From contig JAWXAQ010000016.1 in the NCBI GenBank assembly GCA_034439575.1, forward strand, positions 192,001 to 256,000: a stretch of DNA of 64,000 nt, in the 5' to 3' direction. Source of the stretch: Leptospira sp. (GTDB lineage: Bacteria > Spirochaetota > Leptospiria > Leptospirales > Leptospiraceae). Below the pieces are notes generated by a model. That model ran no database searches. It was not told the DNA's origin and saw only the letters and a list, made by a program, of their open reading frames with translations. The position numbers and the translations under genes are program-made. How positions within the stretch are numbered: position 1 is the stretch's first letter; each line of letters starts with the position of its first letter. Positions 1 through 8,515 of this stretch are shown here, in pieces.

Positions 1-1028
1 CTAGTTATACGGATTACAAAGCCAGTAAAAATGGAGATTCTGAAATCTACAGAGTTTTTCCTCACAAAAAATCTCTTACTGGTGAAGGAAGTTATTATGC
101 GCACGGTTATCTTGATCCTTTAGAACAATTAAGACAGAGACCTACAAATCTCTATGTTTCCAAAGGTGAATTTGATCGGAAAATCAATCTATCATGGGAA
201 GGTTCGGCAAACGCTAGTTCTTATCTAATTCTTCGATCAAGCCAAGAAGAAAATGAATGGGAAATAATAGGAAAATCCAAGGAAACTAAATTCACAGATT
301 CGAATTTCAAGGAATCCGAATATACTTATGCAATAGTTACCATATTTGATGATGGGTCTTATTCTTTTCCTTCTGAATCCGAATTTGGATATGTCAACTT
401 ACTCGCCAAACGAGGAGCAGTGAGCGAAATTACAGAGTTTAAATCTGTTTCGGAAAATATTTCCAAAAAAGAAATGACTCTCTCTTGGACAAAAAATCCA
501 AAATTTGAAACCTATTCTATATATATGAGAAAAAGAGGAGATAAAGATTGGGATCTTGTTTCAAAGCTTGATGCTAACAAAACTCAATATGTTGTAAGTG
601 GTTTAGATAAAAATAAATTTTATATCTTTGCTTTGAAAGGCAAAGAATCGGGCAAAGATGAAAGTGTTTTTTCGAAGCCGCTCTATGCTGTTTTATCTGA
701 AGCCAGTTTTGATACTAAAAAGGTTAAAACTTTTGGCGAGTCAGTGATCAATCGATTTCTTGGGCCTTGGACTGCGATGTATTGGGATGGAAAATCTTCT
801 GTCAAACCAGTGAAACTGGAAATCGAATCTGATTCCGAAGATGGATATGTTTTGAAATGGAATAATAGAGAATTTTATAGAGGCTCATACATAATTGATG
901 CCAACCTGATAGAAGAAAAAGGCAAATGGAAAATCCAATTGTCACCAAACTTAGATTCTCTGTCTGCCGAAGTATCAGAAAAACAACTTTTACCTGAAAA
1001 AAGCCGTATATCTTTTGTTAGGGAGTAG
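1..1028 (+). CDS. C-terminal part of a multi-fibronectin type III domain protein (5' truncated by window)
   Basis: The frame of ORF 420..1028 reads open back to the window start (SYTDYKASK...RPTNLYVSKGEFDRKINLSWEGSANASSYLILRS). Repeated FN3-like L-S-W...Y-x-I...Y-x-[VF] patterns. Confidence 0.75.
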   Translation, partial: SYTDYKASKNGDSEIYRVFPHKKSLTGEGSYYAHGYLDPLEQLRQRPTNLYVSKGEFDRKINLSWEGSANASSYLILRSSQEENEWEIIGKSKETKFTDSNFKESEYTYAIVTIFDDGSYSFPSESEFGYVNLLAKRGAVSEITEFKSVSENISKKEMTLSWTKNPKFETYSIYMRKRGDKDWDLVSKLDANKTQYVVSGLDKNKFYIFALKGKESGKDESVFSKPLYAVLSEASFDTKKVKTFGESVINRFLGPWTAMYWDGKSSVKPVKLEIESDSEDGYVLKWNNREFYRGSYIIDANLIEEKGKWKIQLSPNLDSLSAEVSEKQLLPEKSRISFVRE

Positions 1029-1440
1029 CGGAATATTTATTGACAAAAAAATCGGGAAGTCTCCACGGACGATTGATTTTGAAATCAAAAAATAGAGCCT
1101 GGAATACCGCCTTACATACCAAGGCTCCATCTGTAGAACGGTAAATATTTTGATACACTTTCCCCCTAGCCTTTGAGGCTTCGCCGAAAGTAGTTTCCAC
1201 GATCGCCGTATTTGGGTGAGTCAGTGGTTTATGATATTCTATTTCCGCCTTGTGAATTACGGGTCCGATTTGGTTGGCTCGCATTTCAGCGATAGAAAAA
1301 CCCTCAGCTTCCAGGGCGACCATCCTCGCCTCATCAAAATAGAACTGAAAGATTCCATTATTTACATGCCCATTGGCGTCCATTTGGCTCCAAAGTACAG
1401 GGATTTCGGTTTTATGAAGGGATATATTTGTTTGCGTCAT
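1018..1440 (-). CDS. Acyl-CoA thioesterase (4HBT/YbgC hotdog fold)
   Basis: Motif DANGHVNN...YFDEAR. ATG at 1440 preferred because the 1479 start lies within the operator region. Confidence 0.85.
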   Translation of the reverse strand: MTQTNISLHKTEIPVLWSQMDANGHVNNGIFQFYFDEARMVALEAEGFSIAEMRANQIGPVIHKAEIEYHKPLTHPNTAIVETTFGEASKARGKVYQNIYRSTDGALVCKAVFQALFFDFKINRPWRLPDFFVNKYSATP

Positions 1441-1451
1441 AGATCTTAAAT

Positions 1452-1505
1452 CAGACAGAACTGTCTGTCTGTCAAACACAAAAACAGACTACTTTGTCTG
1501 TTTTT
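1452..1505. promoter_or_regulatory. Two tandem palindromic operators CAGAC-N6-GTCTG between divergent thioesterase and TetR genes
   Basis: CAGACAG-AA-CTGTCTG (1452-1467) and AAAAACAGAC-TACTTT-GTCTGTTTTT (1480-1505). Confidence 0.7.
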
Positions 1506-1540
1506 CTTGACGAAGCCTGAATTCTTCGTAAAATCAATCC

Positions 1541-2137
1541 ATGCCTAAAATTTTATCCCCACAGGTTAGAATTCTGAATACTGCCAAAATACTTTTTTAT
1601 AGGCAAGGCTATCACACAACAGGCATTAACCAAATTTTAAAAGAATCAAGAACAGCCAAAGCGAGTTTTTATGATCACTACCCGTCCAAAGAAATTTTAG
1701 GTAAAAAAGTCATCAGGCAATATTCCGCTGAGGTGCAACTTTGGTTTCGCAAAATTATGAATATGAGTGATACACCATTTTCATTTGTAGAAAATTTAGC
1801 GAGAGCCATAGAAACACAAATCAAATCAAAAGATTCGATTTATCAAGGTTGCCCGATTGCCATTTTTTCATGCCAATTTCCGATAGACGAACCCGTGTTC
1901 AGTGAAGAATTTACAAGGTCTATCCGAAGATGGGAAACCATGTTTATCCATTTTTGGCAAAGGGAAAATATCAGATCTGTTATGCGTTCGAATGTGGATC
2001 AATTAAATTTATCTAGAGATTTGATTAACCTTTACGAAGGATCTTTAATGAATTGGCGCATTTCAAAAGATAGAAGTTATATTGATAGAATGAAAATTAA
2101 TTATTATGAAAGGATCAAACTCGAACTTAAAAAATAG
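1541..2137 (+). CDS. TetR/AcrR family transcriptional regulator (NemR/LmrA-like)
   Basis: N-terminal HTH GYHTTGINQILKESRTAKASFYDHYPSKE; GCPI motif in the C-terminal domain. Confidence 0.9.
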   Translation: MPKILSPQVRILNTAKILFYRQGYHTTGINQILKESRTAKASFYDHYPSKEILGKKVIRQYSAEVQLWFRKIMNMSDTPFSFVENLARAIETQIKSKDSIYQGCPIAIFSCQFPIDEPVFSEEFTRSIRRWETMFIHFWQRENIRSVMRSNVDQLNLSRDLINLYEGSLMNWRISKDRSYIDRMKINYYERIKLELKK

Positions 2138-2390
2138 TCGTACTTTCACAATTTTTTCTACATTTTTCTCTGAGACCAGAGCACGAATTTGTCAGGATCG
2201 CTAAATCCTGATTAGAATAATCAGAAGTATTTGCTACAAACTTATAATACAAATCGTTTTGCAAAAAACATTCACCTTCAATCGTAGAACATTTGTTTCT
2301 CTCTATACAATTGCTTCGCGGAGATAAAGGAGCCCCACAATCAATTAAGTTTGCTAAAAATAAAATTAATATTAAGTTTCGAACAAACAT
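2127..2390 (-). CDS. Small Cys-rich putative lipoprotein
   Basis: Hydrophobic signal followed by Cys (LIDC), then six further Cys; start overlaps the stop of the upstream UGPase. Confidence 0.6.
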   Translation of the reverse strand: MFVRNLILILFLANLIDCGAPLSPRSNCIERNKCSTIEGECFLQNDLYYKFVANTSDYSNQDLAILTNSCSGLREKCRKNCESTTIF

Positions 2391-3808
2391 TAAAATGAAA
2401 TTGTCTGGTTACTTAAATGAGATAGTTTTAATTCGGAAATTTTTCTTTTTTTACCAGTGTCATTTAGTATATTAACTTTTCCTGAAATGCTAATTGGAAT
2501 ATCAAATTCCACTTCACCTTTCACGTTCAATTCTTCACAGGCAACGAGCGAAGGATATACTTTTAATAGCCTATCAAAATCATTGATTTTTTTATAATAA
2601 GAATCATCTAATATAACAAGCATTTCACCTAAACCAATTGCCTTTCTCTCTTTGGACATTGTGAGAGAAAAATCAGAATTCAAAGTATAGGCGTCTGACC
2701 TGCGAATTAAATAATCTTCTGTCTTTTTTACAGGAGCAAATCGATCACGCGGGATAATAATGCCTTTAAATTTTGCAAAATTACCAACAGCAGAACCCAT
2801 AGCAGTTTCCAATTGCAATACTTCTTTGCCCTCTATCTTTTTTGGATTCACAATTAAAGAAAGAGAAAAATTGCCCTCTTTAAATCTCTTCCTTAAAGCT
2901 ATTAAATTGATCCATAGATTGTTTGTAGAGAATGTACGAAATTTGCCAATACCACTAAACTCATGTTCGTTCTCAAGTGGAACTTGTGCTGTTTCCAATA
3001 ATTCAAATTTTTGAAATTTTCCATCTACTAACTTGCGATAAATGGCGCCACCTTTTTTATCGGCTAAAGTTTTAGGGGTCATTTCCATCGCAAAATCAAT
3101 TCCTTCTTGTAACATAAACGTGACAATGTGCGGATCCACCGTAGCGCCTAGGTTATCACCATTGGATAGGAAAACAATTTCATAACCTAAATCTATTAGT
3201 TTATCAAGGATACCTGTTTCAATTAATGTGAAATGAATATCTCCATGTCCAGGAGGACACCAATCTTCTTTTGGAGAAGGAAATGAAACAGGAGTTAGAT
3301 CATTTTTTTCTAATCTTGGAACTTTATGTTGTAAAAAGCTTGTGGTAATTTTTTGTTTGAAACCTATTTTTTTAAATTCGGCTAGAGAATCTTCTTGCGT
3401 ATTATAGGAATCCATGAGAATGAGTGGGACTTCTATATCATATTTTTTGCGAATGTACTCTACTTGCGAGGCGATCACGGACAAAAAGGATTTATTTTCT
3501 TTTATGGGGATTAAGGACTTGGCTTTTTCTAAACCCATAGAAGTTCCAAGGCCGCCATTTAACTTAATCACTACGAGTTTTGCTAAATTTTCTTTGGACT
3601 CAGGATACTTTGTATGAATCTCTGTAAGATGAATCTCATCTTCCTTAGGATCTAGGTCACCGACACTACTCCACTTAACAATGCCAGTCTCGCCCTTTCT
3701 GATTTGGTCCACCTTCTCCAAAAAATCTTCGATAAAGGGTTCACTTAGGCCCTCTTTTTTCATTTTTTCTCGAATCAATTGGTCCGCAGTTTCTTTTGGA
3801 ACAGGCAT
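2390..3808 (-). CDS. UTP--glucose-1-phosphate uridylyltransferase, eukaryote-type (UDPGP family)
   Basis: KLNGGLGTSMG..AKS, WCPPGHGD, NGDNLGA, FSTNNLW, LETAMG and RFAPVK motifs; 472 aa, not GalU-like. Confidence 0.9.
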   Translation of the reverse strand: MPVPKETADQLIREKMKKEGLSEPFIEDFLEKVDQIRKGETGIVKWSSVGDLDPKEDEIHLTEIHTKYPESKENLAKLVVIKLNGGLGTSMGLEKAKSLIPIKENKSFLSVIASQVEYIRKKYDIEVPLILMDSYNTQEDSLAEFKKIGFKQKITTSFLQHKVPRLEKNDLTPVSFPSPKEDWCPPGHGDIHFTLIETGILDKLIDLGYEIVFLSNGDNLGATVDPHIVTFMLQEGIDFAMEMTPKTLADKKGGAIYRKLVDGKFQKFELLETAQVPLENEHEFSGIGKFRTFSTNNLWINLIALRKRFKEGNFSLSLIVNPKKIEGKEVLQLETAMGSAVGNFAKFKGIIIPRDRFAPVKKTEDYLIRRSDAYTLNSDFSLTMSKERKAIGLGEMLVILDDSYYKKINDFDRLLKVYPSLVACEELNVKGEVEFDIPISISGKVNILNDTGKKRKISELKLSHLSNQTISF

Positions 3809-3816
3809 AGTTTCTC

Positions 3817-4176
3817 CTAAAGGTTTTGGTTTAATTCCCCTAACTGAATTCGATAAGGATCTTCAATCTGCCCAGGTTCCCAGAGAAAGTACACAAGAAT
3901 TTCTCGCCCTTCCTCTCGCATTTTGGGATCGTTTTCATTTCGATCATACTTTGGCATAAATACCGTAAAATTGTAAATCCAAACAACTCGAGCATCGGAT
4001 CTCTTTTCTCGAAGTATCCCTTTCTTTAATGGATCTTCTTTTATGATTTTTTCAAACTTGAGAGGGAAAATTTTATCCCATGCAATCACTAATTCAGAAT
4101 TCGCCTTATCGTAATTTGGCTTTGTTTCTGCGAGAAGTGGAAACGATAGGACGAGTAAAAATAGAACCTTAATCAA
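3817..4176 (-). CDS. Exported hypothetical protein
   Basis: Signal peptide (PLLA-E); 7-8 bp from both neighbours in the same-strand run. Confidence 0.6.
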   Translation of the reverse strand: MIKVLFLLVLSFPLLAETKPNYDKANSELVIAWDKIFPLKFEKIIKEDPLKKGILREKRSDARVVWIYNFTVFMPKYDRNENDPKMREEGREILVYFLWEPGQIEDPYRIQLGELNQNL

Positions 4177-4183
4177 GAAAATA

Positions 4184-5635
4184 TCAATTCCGTGAACTTA
4201 CCATAATATAGACTGAATGCGCACTATATTCAAAGGCTTGAGATAAGGAATTTGGATCGATACGAGAATTTCCTTGGCCAGTCTCACGAATGTAGGTCAC
4301 AGAAACAGATGATTTTGAATTCACCCAAGAAAATCCAAGGCTGAGTCCACGATTACGAGAGAATTCATTCCTTGGATTTGTCCCAGACCTTGCAGCATTA
4401 TAGATTAAAGTATTATTTCCAGAGCTAGCTTGGGCTTGGTTATTGACTGCATTCTGTAAAAATAAATCCACTGCTGATTCAGTCCAAGAAATAGGTTTTG
4501 TATTAGGTTCATTCGTATAAACACCACCTAATACAGAAAAGGTGTCCATTAGATAATATTCCATTCCCAAGGCTAAATTTGTTGTAGATTGGCGTGTGAG
4601 TTCTCTCACTTCACTATCATTCATGGAATATGTCACTCTACTCCCGCGAACACTGTATTCATCTTGATTCCTGCGCATTTTATATCCAGAAGTATAAATG
4701 ACATCGAAAGCCGCCAAAAAACGTGCTGTGGGAAAATACGCAACACCCCAACGTATTTCTGAAGTTTGAGGAATGGAAGTTACCATTTTTGGTTTTTGTG
4801 TAATGGCTCCGTTTTCAACAGAAGAAAAACCATTTCCAGTCCCCTCAACAAAATCCACAGCCGAAGTACCGGCCGCACGAGAAGAGTCAGTATAAACTTC
4901 GTTATAGAGTCGATTCCCACCTACTACAAATATTCTACGAATGCTCATTCCAAGGGATAGTTTTTGGATTGGTTGGTATTGGATTCCGAGAATGGGGAGT
5001 AAAGCCGAAGTTCTACGGTTGTCCACATAGCTTCGCATTACATAAGTCAAATCTGAAAATTGTTGGAATTGAGTTCTGGAAACATCTTTTGTATCATTCA
5101 TATAATACAAAGTGGCACCTAAAGAGAGTTTGTCCGTCAAAAGATAGGCGACACTTGGCCCAACTAACAATTGATTGTATCTTTCTTTTGTATAATTCCT
5201 AGTTGTATTGATGGTTGGTGAAACTAAAGGGTAATTAACCTGATCGGCACGATTGTATGCGAAGTTGTAAGTATTTACAATTGTGAAAGCAAACTTCCAC
5301 TTATCATAGTTTTTTAAAAGGCCAATGAAATTAGGGTCAAAACCTTGGTGTGTTTGGTTATAAGTCTGGCCGGGTGTATCAATATTGATATAACTTCTTT
5401 TGACATTTTTAAAATTACTCGCAGAAATGGAAATCCCATCATTGTAAGTAAATCCAAGTCCTGCGGGGTTATAAAAAGCGCCAGATGGATCATCTGAAAT
5501 TGCAGTAAAGGCACCGGCAAGTCCCGCCGCCCTTTCTCCATAAAACCCATGTATGTTGTTAAATGGTTCGGAAGAATAGACAACAGTCGTAGTCAGAAGA
5601 AGGAAAATCGTTAATTGTAATTTAATATGTTTCAT
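4184..5635 (-). CDS. FadL/OmpP1-like outer-membrane beta-barrel transporter
   Basis: N-terminal hatch motif GERAAGLAGAFTAISDDPSGAFYNPAGL after a signal peptide; amphipathic beta strands. Confidence 0.75.
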   Translation of the reverse strand: MKHIKLQLTIFLLLTTTVVYSSEPFNNIHGFYGERAAGLAGAFTAISDDPSGAFYNPAGLGFTYNDGISISASNFKNVKRSYINIDTPGQTYNQTHQGFDPNFIGLLKNYDKWKFAFTIVNTYNFAYNRADQVNYPLVSPTINTTRNYTKERYNQLLVGPSVAYLLTDKLSLGATLYYMNDTKDVSRTQFQQFSDLTYVMRSYVDNRRTSALLPILGIQYQPIQKLSLGMSIRRIFVVGGNRLYNEVYTDSSRAAGTSAVDFVEGTGNGFSSVENGAITQKPKMVTSIPQTSEIRWGVAYFPTARFLAAFDVIYTSGYKMRRNQDEYSVRGSRVTYSMNDSEVRELTRQSTTNLALGMEYYLMDTFSVLGGVYTNEPNTKPISWTESAVDLFLQNAVNNQAQASSGNNTLIYNAARSGTNPRNEFSRNRGLSLGFSWVNSKSSVSVTYIRETGQGNSRIDPNSLSQAFEYSAHSVYIMVSSRN

Positions 5636-5638
5636 TAT

Positions 5639-7195
5639 TTATAATCTTTTAAGTGTCGTAGAATTAAGAATCGTATACACAGGGTATCCGTCATCATTGT
5701 AAGTAACACGCCAAAGCTTGAGTCCCGCATTAAAATCGCTCAGATCGCCATAGAAATCGACATAAACTTCACTTGTATCATCATCAGCAATTAGGATCGT
5801 GGCGTCATCATCTTCATCAACATAGAGACCCTCACCTAATTGATATTCTCCGATAGAATCTGTATTTGGATCAGCTCCAGATGGGTAAATAACGAATTCA
5901 TCATAGGAAGTGAAGGAACCTGTTCCAAGGGTTCCGCCCGCATCGACATTCAGAGTGACCTGATCTTCAAATCGGTATGTCGTTTCGTAATACTTATCAT
6001 AATTGGAAAAATCCCCAACTTCACCGCTGTCATCATTTGAATTATCTGCAATATCATAATAATATAATGAATAATAGTCAAGTTCACGTTGGGCATTGAA
6101 AGCTTCTTCGTAGACGTAGTATTCATTCGCATCGGCATCAAAATAATCAGTGCGAATATATCCTCCATCATCGTCGGTTCTGCCTTGCACATTTGTTGTT
6201 AGCTTGCTACCATTAGAATTTTCTTCATTGCGGTATCCAAGTGTTACACAATTTCCTGCGTTATTTGCGGCATCCGCATTGCACTGCTCCAATATAAATT
6301 TTGTTTTTGATATGACTTTACTCGCTTTACCAGTAGCTAAAACTCTTCTAAAATTCAAAACCGTTTTATCTTTTCTGTCGGAACCAGTGAAATTTGTAAT
6401 CGAGGCATTGATCTCAAGCGAAGTTCCAAATGATCTCACAATTTTTCTAGTAGAACTAAATATTTTAGTAAAATCACTTTTGAATTTGAGGATCCTAGAA
6501 AACCTATTATTAGCAGGACAAACTACTGGACTCGCTATTGAGTCAGAAAAAGAATACGAAAGTTCCACATCATAATCTGGATTTGTTGATGTTTGATACA
6601 CCATCGCAGGACTAGGGATCGCCTGACCGACGCTAGGCAAAACTCCTTCTAATTGCAAAGACGATATCTCTGCTTGTGCTTCTGAATTTGACAAGCCTAA
6701 ATTTTCTATTCCTTCCACCATTTCATCAACCATAGATTGAGTGATAGTAACAGTTCCCGCACCACCTGGAATGCAAACACCAGGTGTGGCCTTTGCTTTT
6801 GAATAAGCACTACTTAAGAGAATCAAATCTCGTTTTGATTCTTGCAAAATCTCAGCAATGTACTCTCCGCCATTTTGAAGATCAATTTGACCCGAGTAAC
6901 CTGAATTGTAATAAGCTTCAAGTGTGTCAAAATCATATGCACGGGATTGAGATCGTCCCATTTTTCTAACTGAACTTGTTGTCGAAGTAGCAGGTTTACG
7001 TATCGATCTAGGGATCGGAACCGCTAAAGTACTAGGTAATTCAGAATTGATCGCACTCGCACCACTTCCCAAAAGTGCGTTTCTGATTAAAAATCGACCC
7101 AATAGAGACTCGATTGAGTTACTATCATCTTTTTTATTTTTACAACCAATCAAGGTGAGTGAAATTATAAGTGAAAGTATAAGAAGTCGATTCAT
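5639..7195 (-). CDS. Large lipoprotein with very acidic, Tyr-rich C-terminal region
   Basis: Spirochaetal lipobox (TLIGC-KNKK); D/E/Y-rich C-terminal third. Confidence 0.7.
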   Translation of the reverse strand: MNRLLILSLIISLTLIGCKNKKDDSNSIESLLGRFLIRNALLGSGASAINSELPSTLAVPIPRSIRKPATSTTSSVRKMGRSQSRAYDFDTLEAYYNSGYSGQIDLQNGGEYIAEILQESKRDLILLSSAYSKAKATPGVCIPGGAGTVTITQSMVDEMVEGIENLGLSNSEAQAEISSLQLEGVLPSVGQAIPSPAMVYQTSTNPDYDVELSYSFSDSIASPVVCPANNRFSRILKFKSDFTKIFSSTRKIVRSFGTSLEINASITNFTGSDRKDKTVLNFRRVLATGKASKVISKTKFILEQCNADAANNAGNCVTLGYRNEENSNGSKLTTNVQGRTDDDGGYIRTDYFDADANEYYVYEEAFNAQRELDYYSLYYYDIADNSNDDSGEVGDFSNYDKYYETTYRFEDQVTLNVDAGGTLGTGSFTSYDEFVIYPSGADPNTDSIGEYQLGEGLYVDEDDDATILIADDDTSEVYVDFYGDLSDFNAGLKLWRVTYNDDGYPVYTILNSTTLKRL

Positions 7196-7294
7196 AAGTT
7201 TATAATTGATTGCAGATATAACTATATGTCAATTCTAAACAAGATTTTTAAAAAAGAGTTTTCAAAGTAAACACATCTGTATAAGATTTTTCGA

Positions 7295-8515
7295 ATGAGA
7301 TCTTTGTATTTTCTTTTTATTTTCGGAATTTTTTCTATTACTACAATTATAGCAAAAGGTAATCTTTTCGTACAAAGTCCGAAGGCAAAACTCCTTGCTG
7401 AACCTCAATTATCATCGAATGGAAGTGTTTTGAAAATCGGTGATAGCCTTTCACCTATCAATGAGCAAGGATTATTTGTACAAGTACGAGTGGATGAAAA
7501 AACGGGTTGGGTTTCAAAACTATTTGTCTCTCCTTTACCACCGAGCAGTCAAATCAAACTTGGCTCATCTTCCTCTTCCTCCGAATCAGTGGCTGCAAGA
7601 CAAAGAGCATCTGACTTTACAAAGACAGCCGCAGCGAGAGGTCTTTCAGAAACAGAAAAACTGCGCGTAAGAGGCGGTGCTGAACTTTACGACTTCGAAT
7701 CCTTACGCTGGTTAGAATCTCTGCCCATAGCTGAAGAAACTCAGAAACCAAATGGTTCTGATTTAAAAGTTAAAGAAAACAAATCCACAATTAGTTCTAA
7801 TAACAAAGCAGTTTCAGCGGAAACAAAGGCAGAAGTGAAGATGGGAAGATCGCTTGCCGCTCGTTTATTAAAAAAATATGCACTCGTTAAAAATAGACCA
7901 TTCACTCAATACCTTAATCGAGTTGGTGGCCGAATAACATCTGTTTCCTCAAGACCTGAGCTTAGTTTCAAATTTGGTGTTTTGGACACTGAAGAAGTGA
8001 ACGCATTTGCTTGCCCTGGTGGATTTATTTTTTTAACGAAAGGGACCATTAAAAGTATCAAAAATGAATCCGAGTTAGCCGGTGTATTGGGCCATGAAAT
8101 TGGACACGTCGTACTTTTTCATAGCGGTGAATTCAAACAAACAAATGTTTTTTTAGATATACTTTCCAGTTTGTTAAGCCCTTCCGGCGGAGAAGTTATC
8201 AATGCGGCGGCCTCAACCGCCTTGGATGAAATGGAAAAACAACTTTTTGAAACAGGAAGAGATGCAAGTGTCGAATGGGAAGCAGATGAAGCAGGAGTGG
8301 GACTTGCCACCCAAGCTGGATATGCCGTGGATGGGCTAGGAAATTATCTGATCACATTATCAAAGTTAGGTAATACTGAAATTCAGAAAAAAACCCATCC
8401 CGATACTTCGACAAGGATTGCTAAACTCATTAAAGTAGAAGCTTCGGTAAATAACAAATCCATAATTCTTCATCAGGATATGTGGAATCAAAATAAAGAT
8501 CTACTTTCAAAATGA
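7295..8515 (+). CDS. SH3-domain / M48 family zinc metallopeptidase fusion
   Basis: Signal peptide; SH3b-like FVQVRVDEKTGWVSK; NAFACPGG, HEIGH, EWEAD and THP M48 motifs. Confidence 0.85.
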   Translation: MRSLYFLFIFGIFSITTIIAKGNLFVQSPKAKLLAEPQLSSNGSVLKIGDSLSPINEQGLFVQVRVDEKTGWVSKLFVSPLPPSSQIKLGSSSSSSESVAARQRASDFTKTAAARGLSETEKLRVRGGAELYDFESLRWLESLPIAEETQKPNGSDLKVKENKSTISSNNKAVSAETKAEVKMGRSLAARLLKKYALVKNRPFTQYLNRVGGRITSVSSRPELSFKFGVLDTEEVNAFACPGGFIFLTKGTIKSIKNESELAGVLGHEIGHVVLFHSGEFKQTNVFLDILSSLLSPSGGEVINAAASTALDEMEKQLFETGRDASVEWEADEAGVGLATQAGYAVDGLGNYLITLSKLGNTEIQKKTHPDTSTRIAKLIKVEASVNNKSIILHQDMWNQNKDLLSK

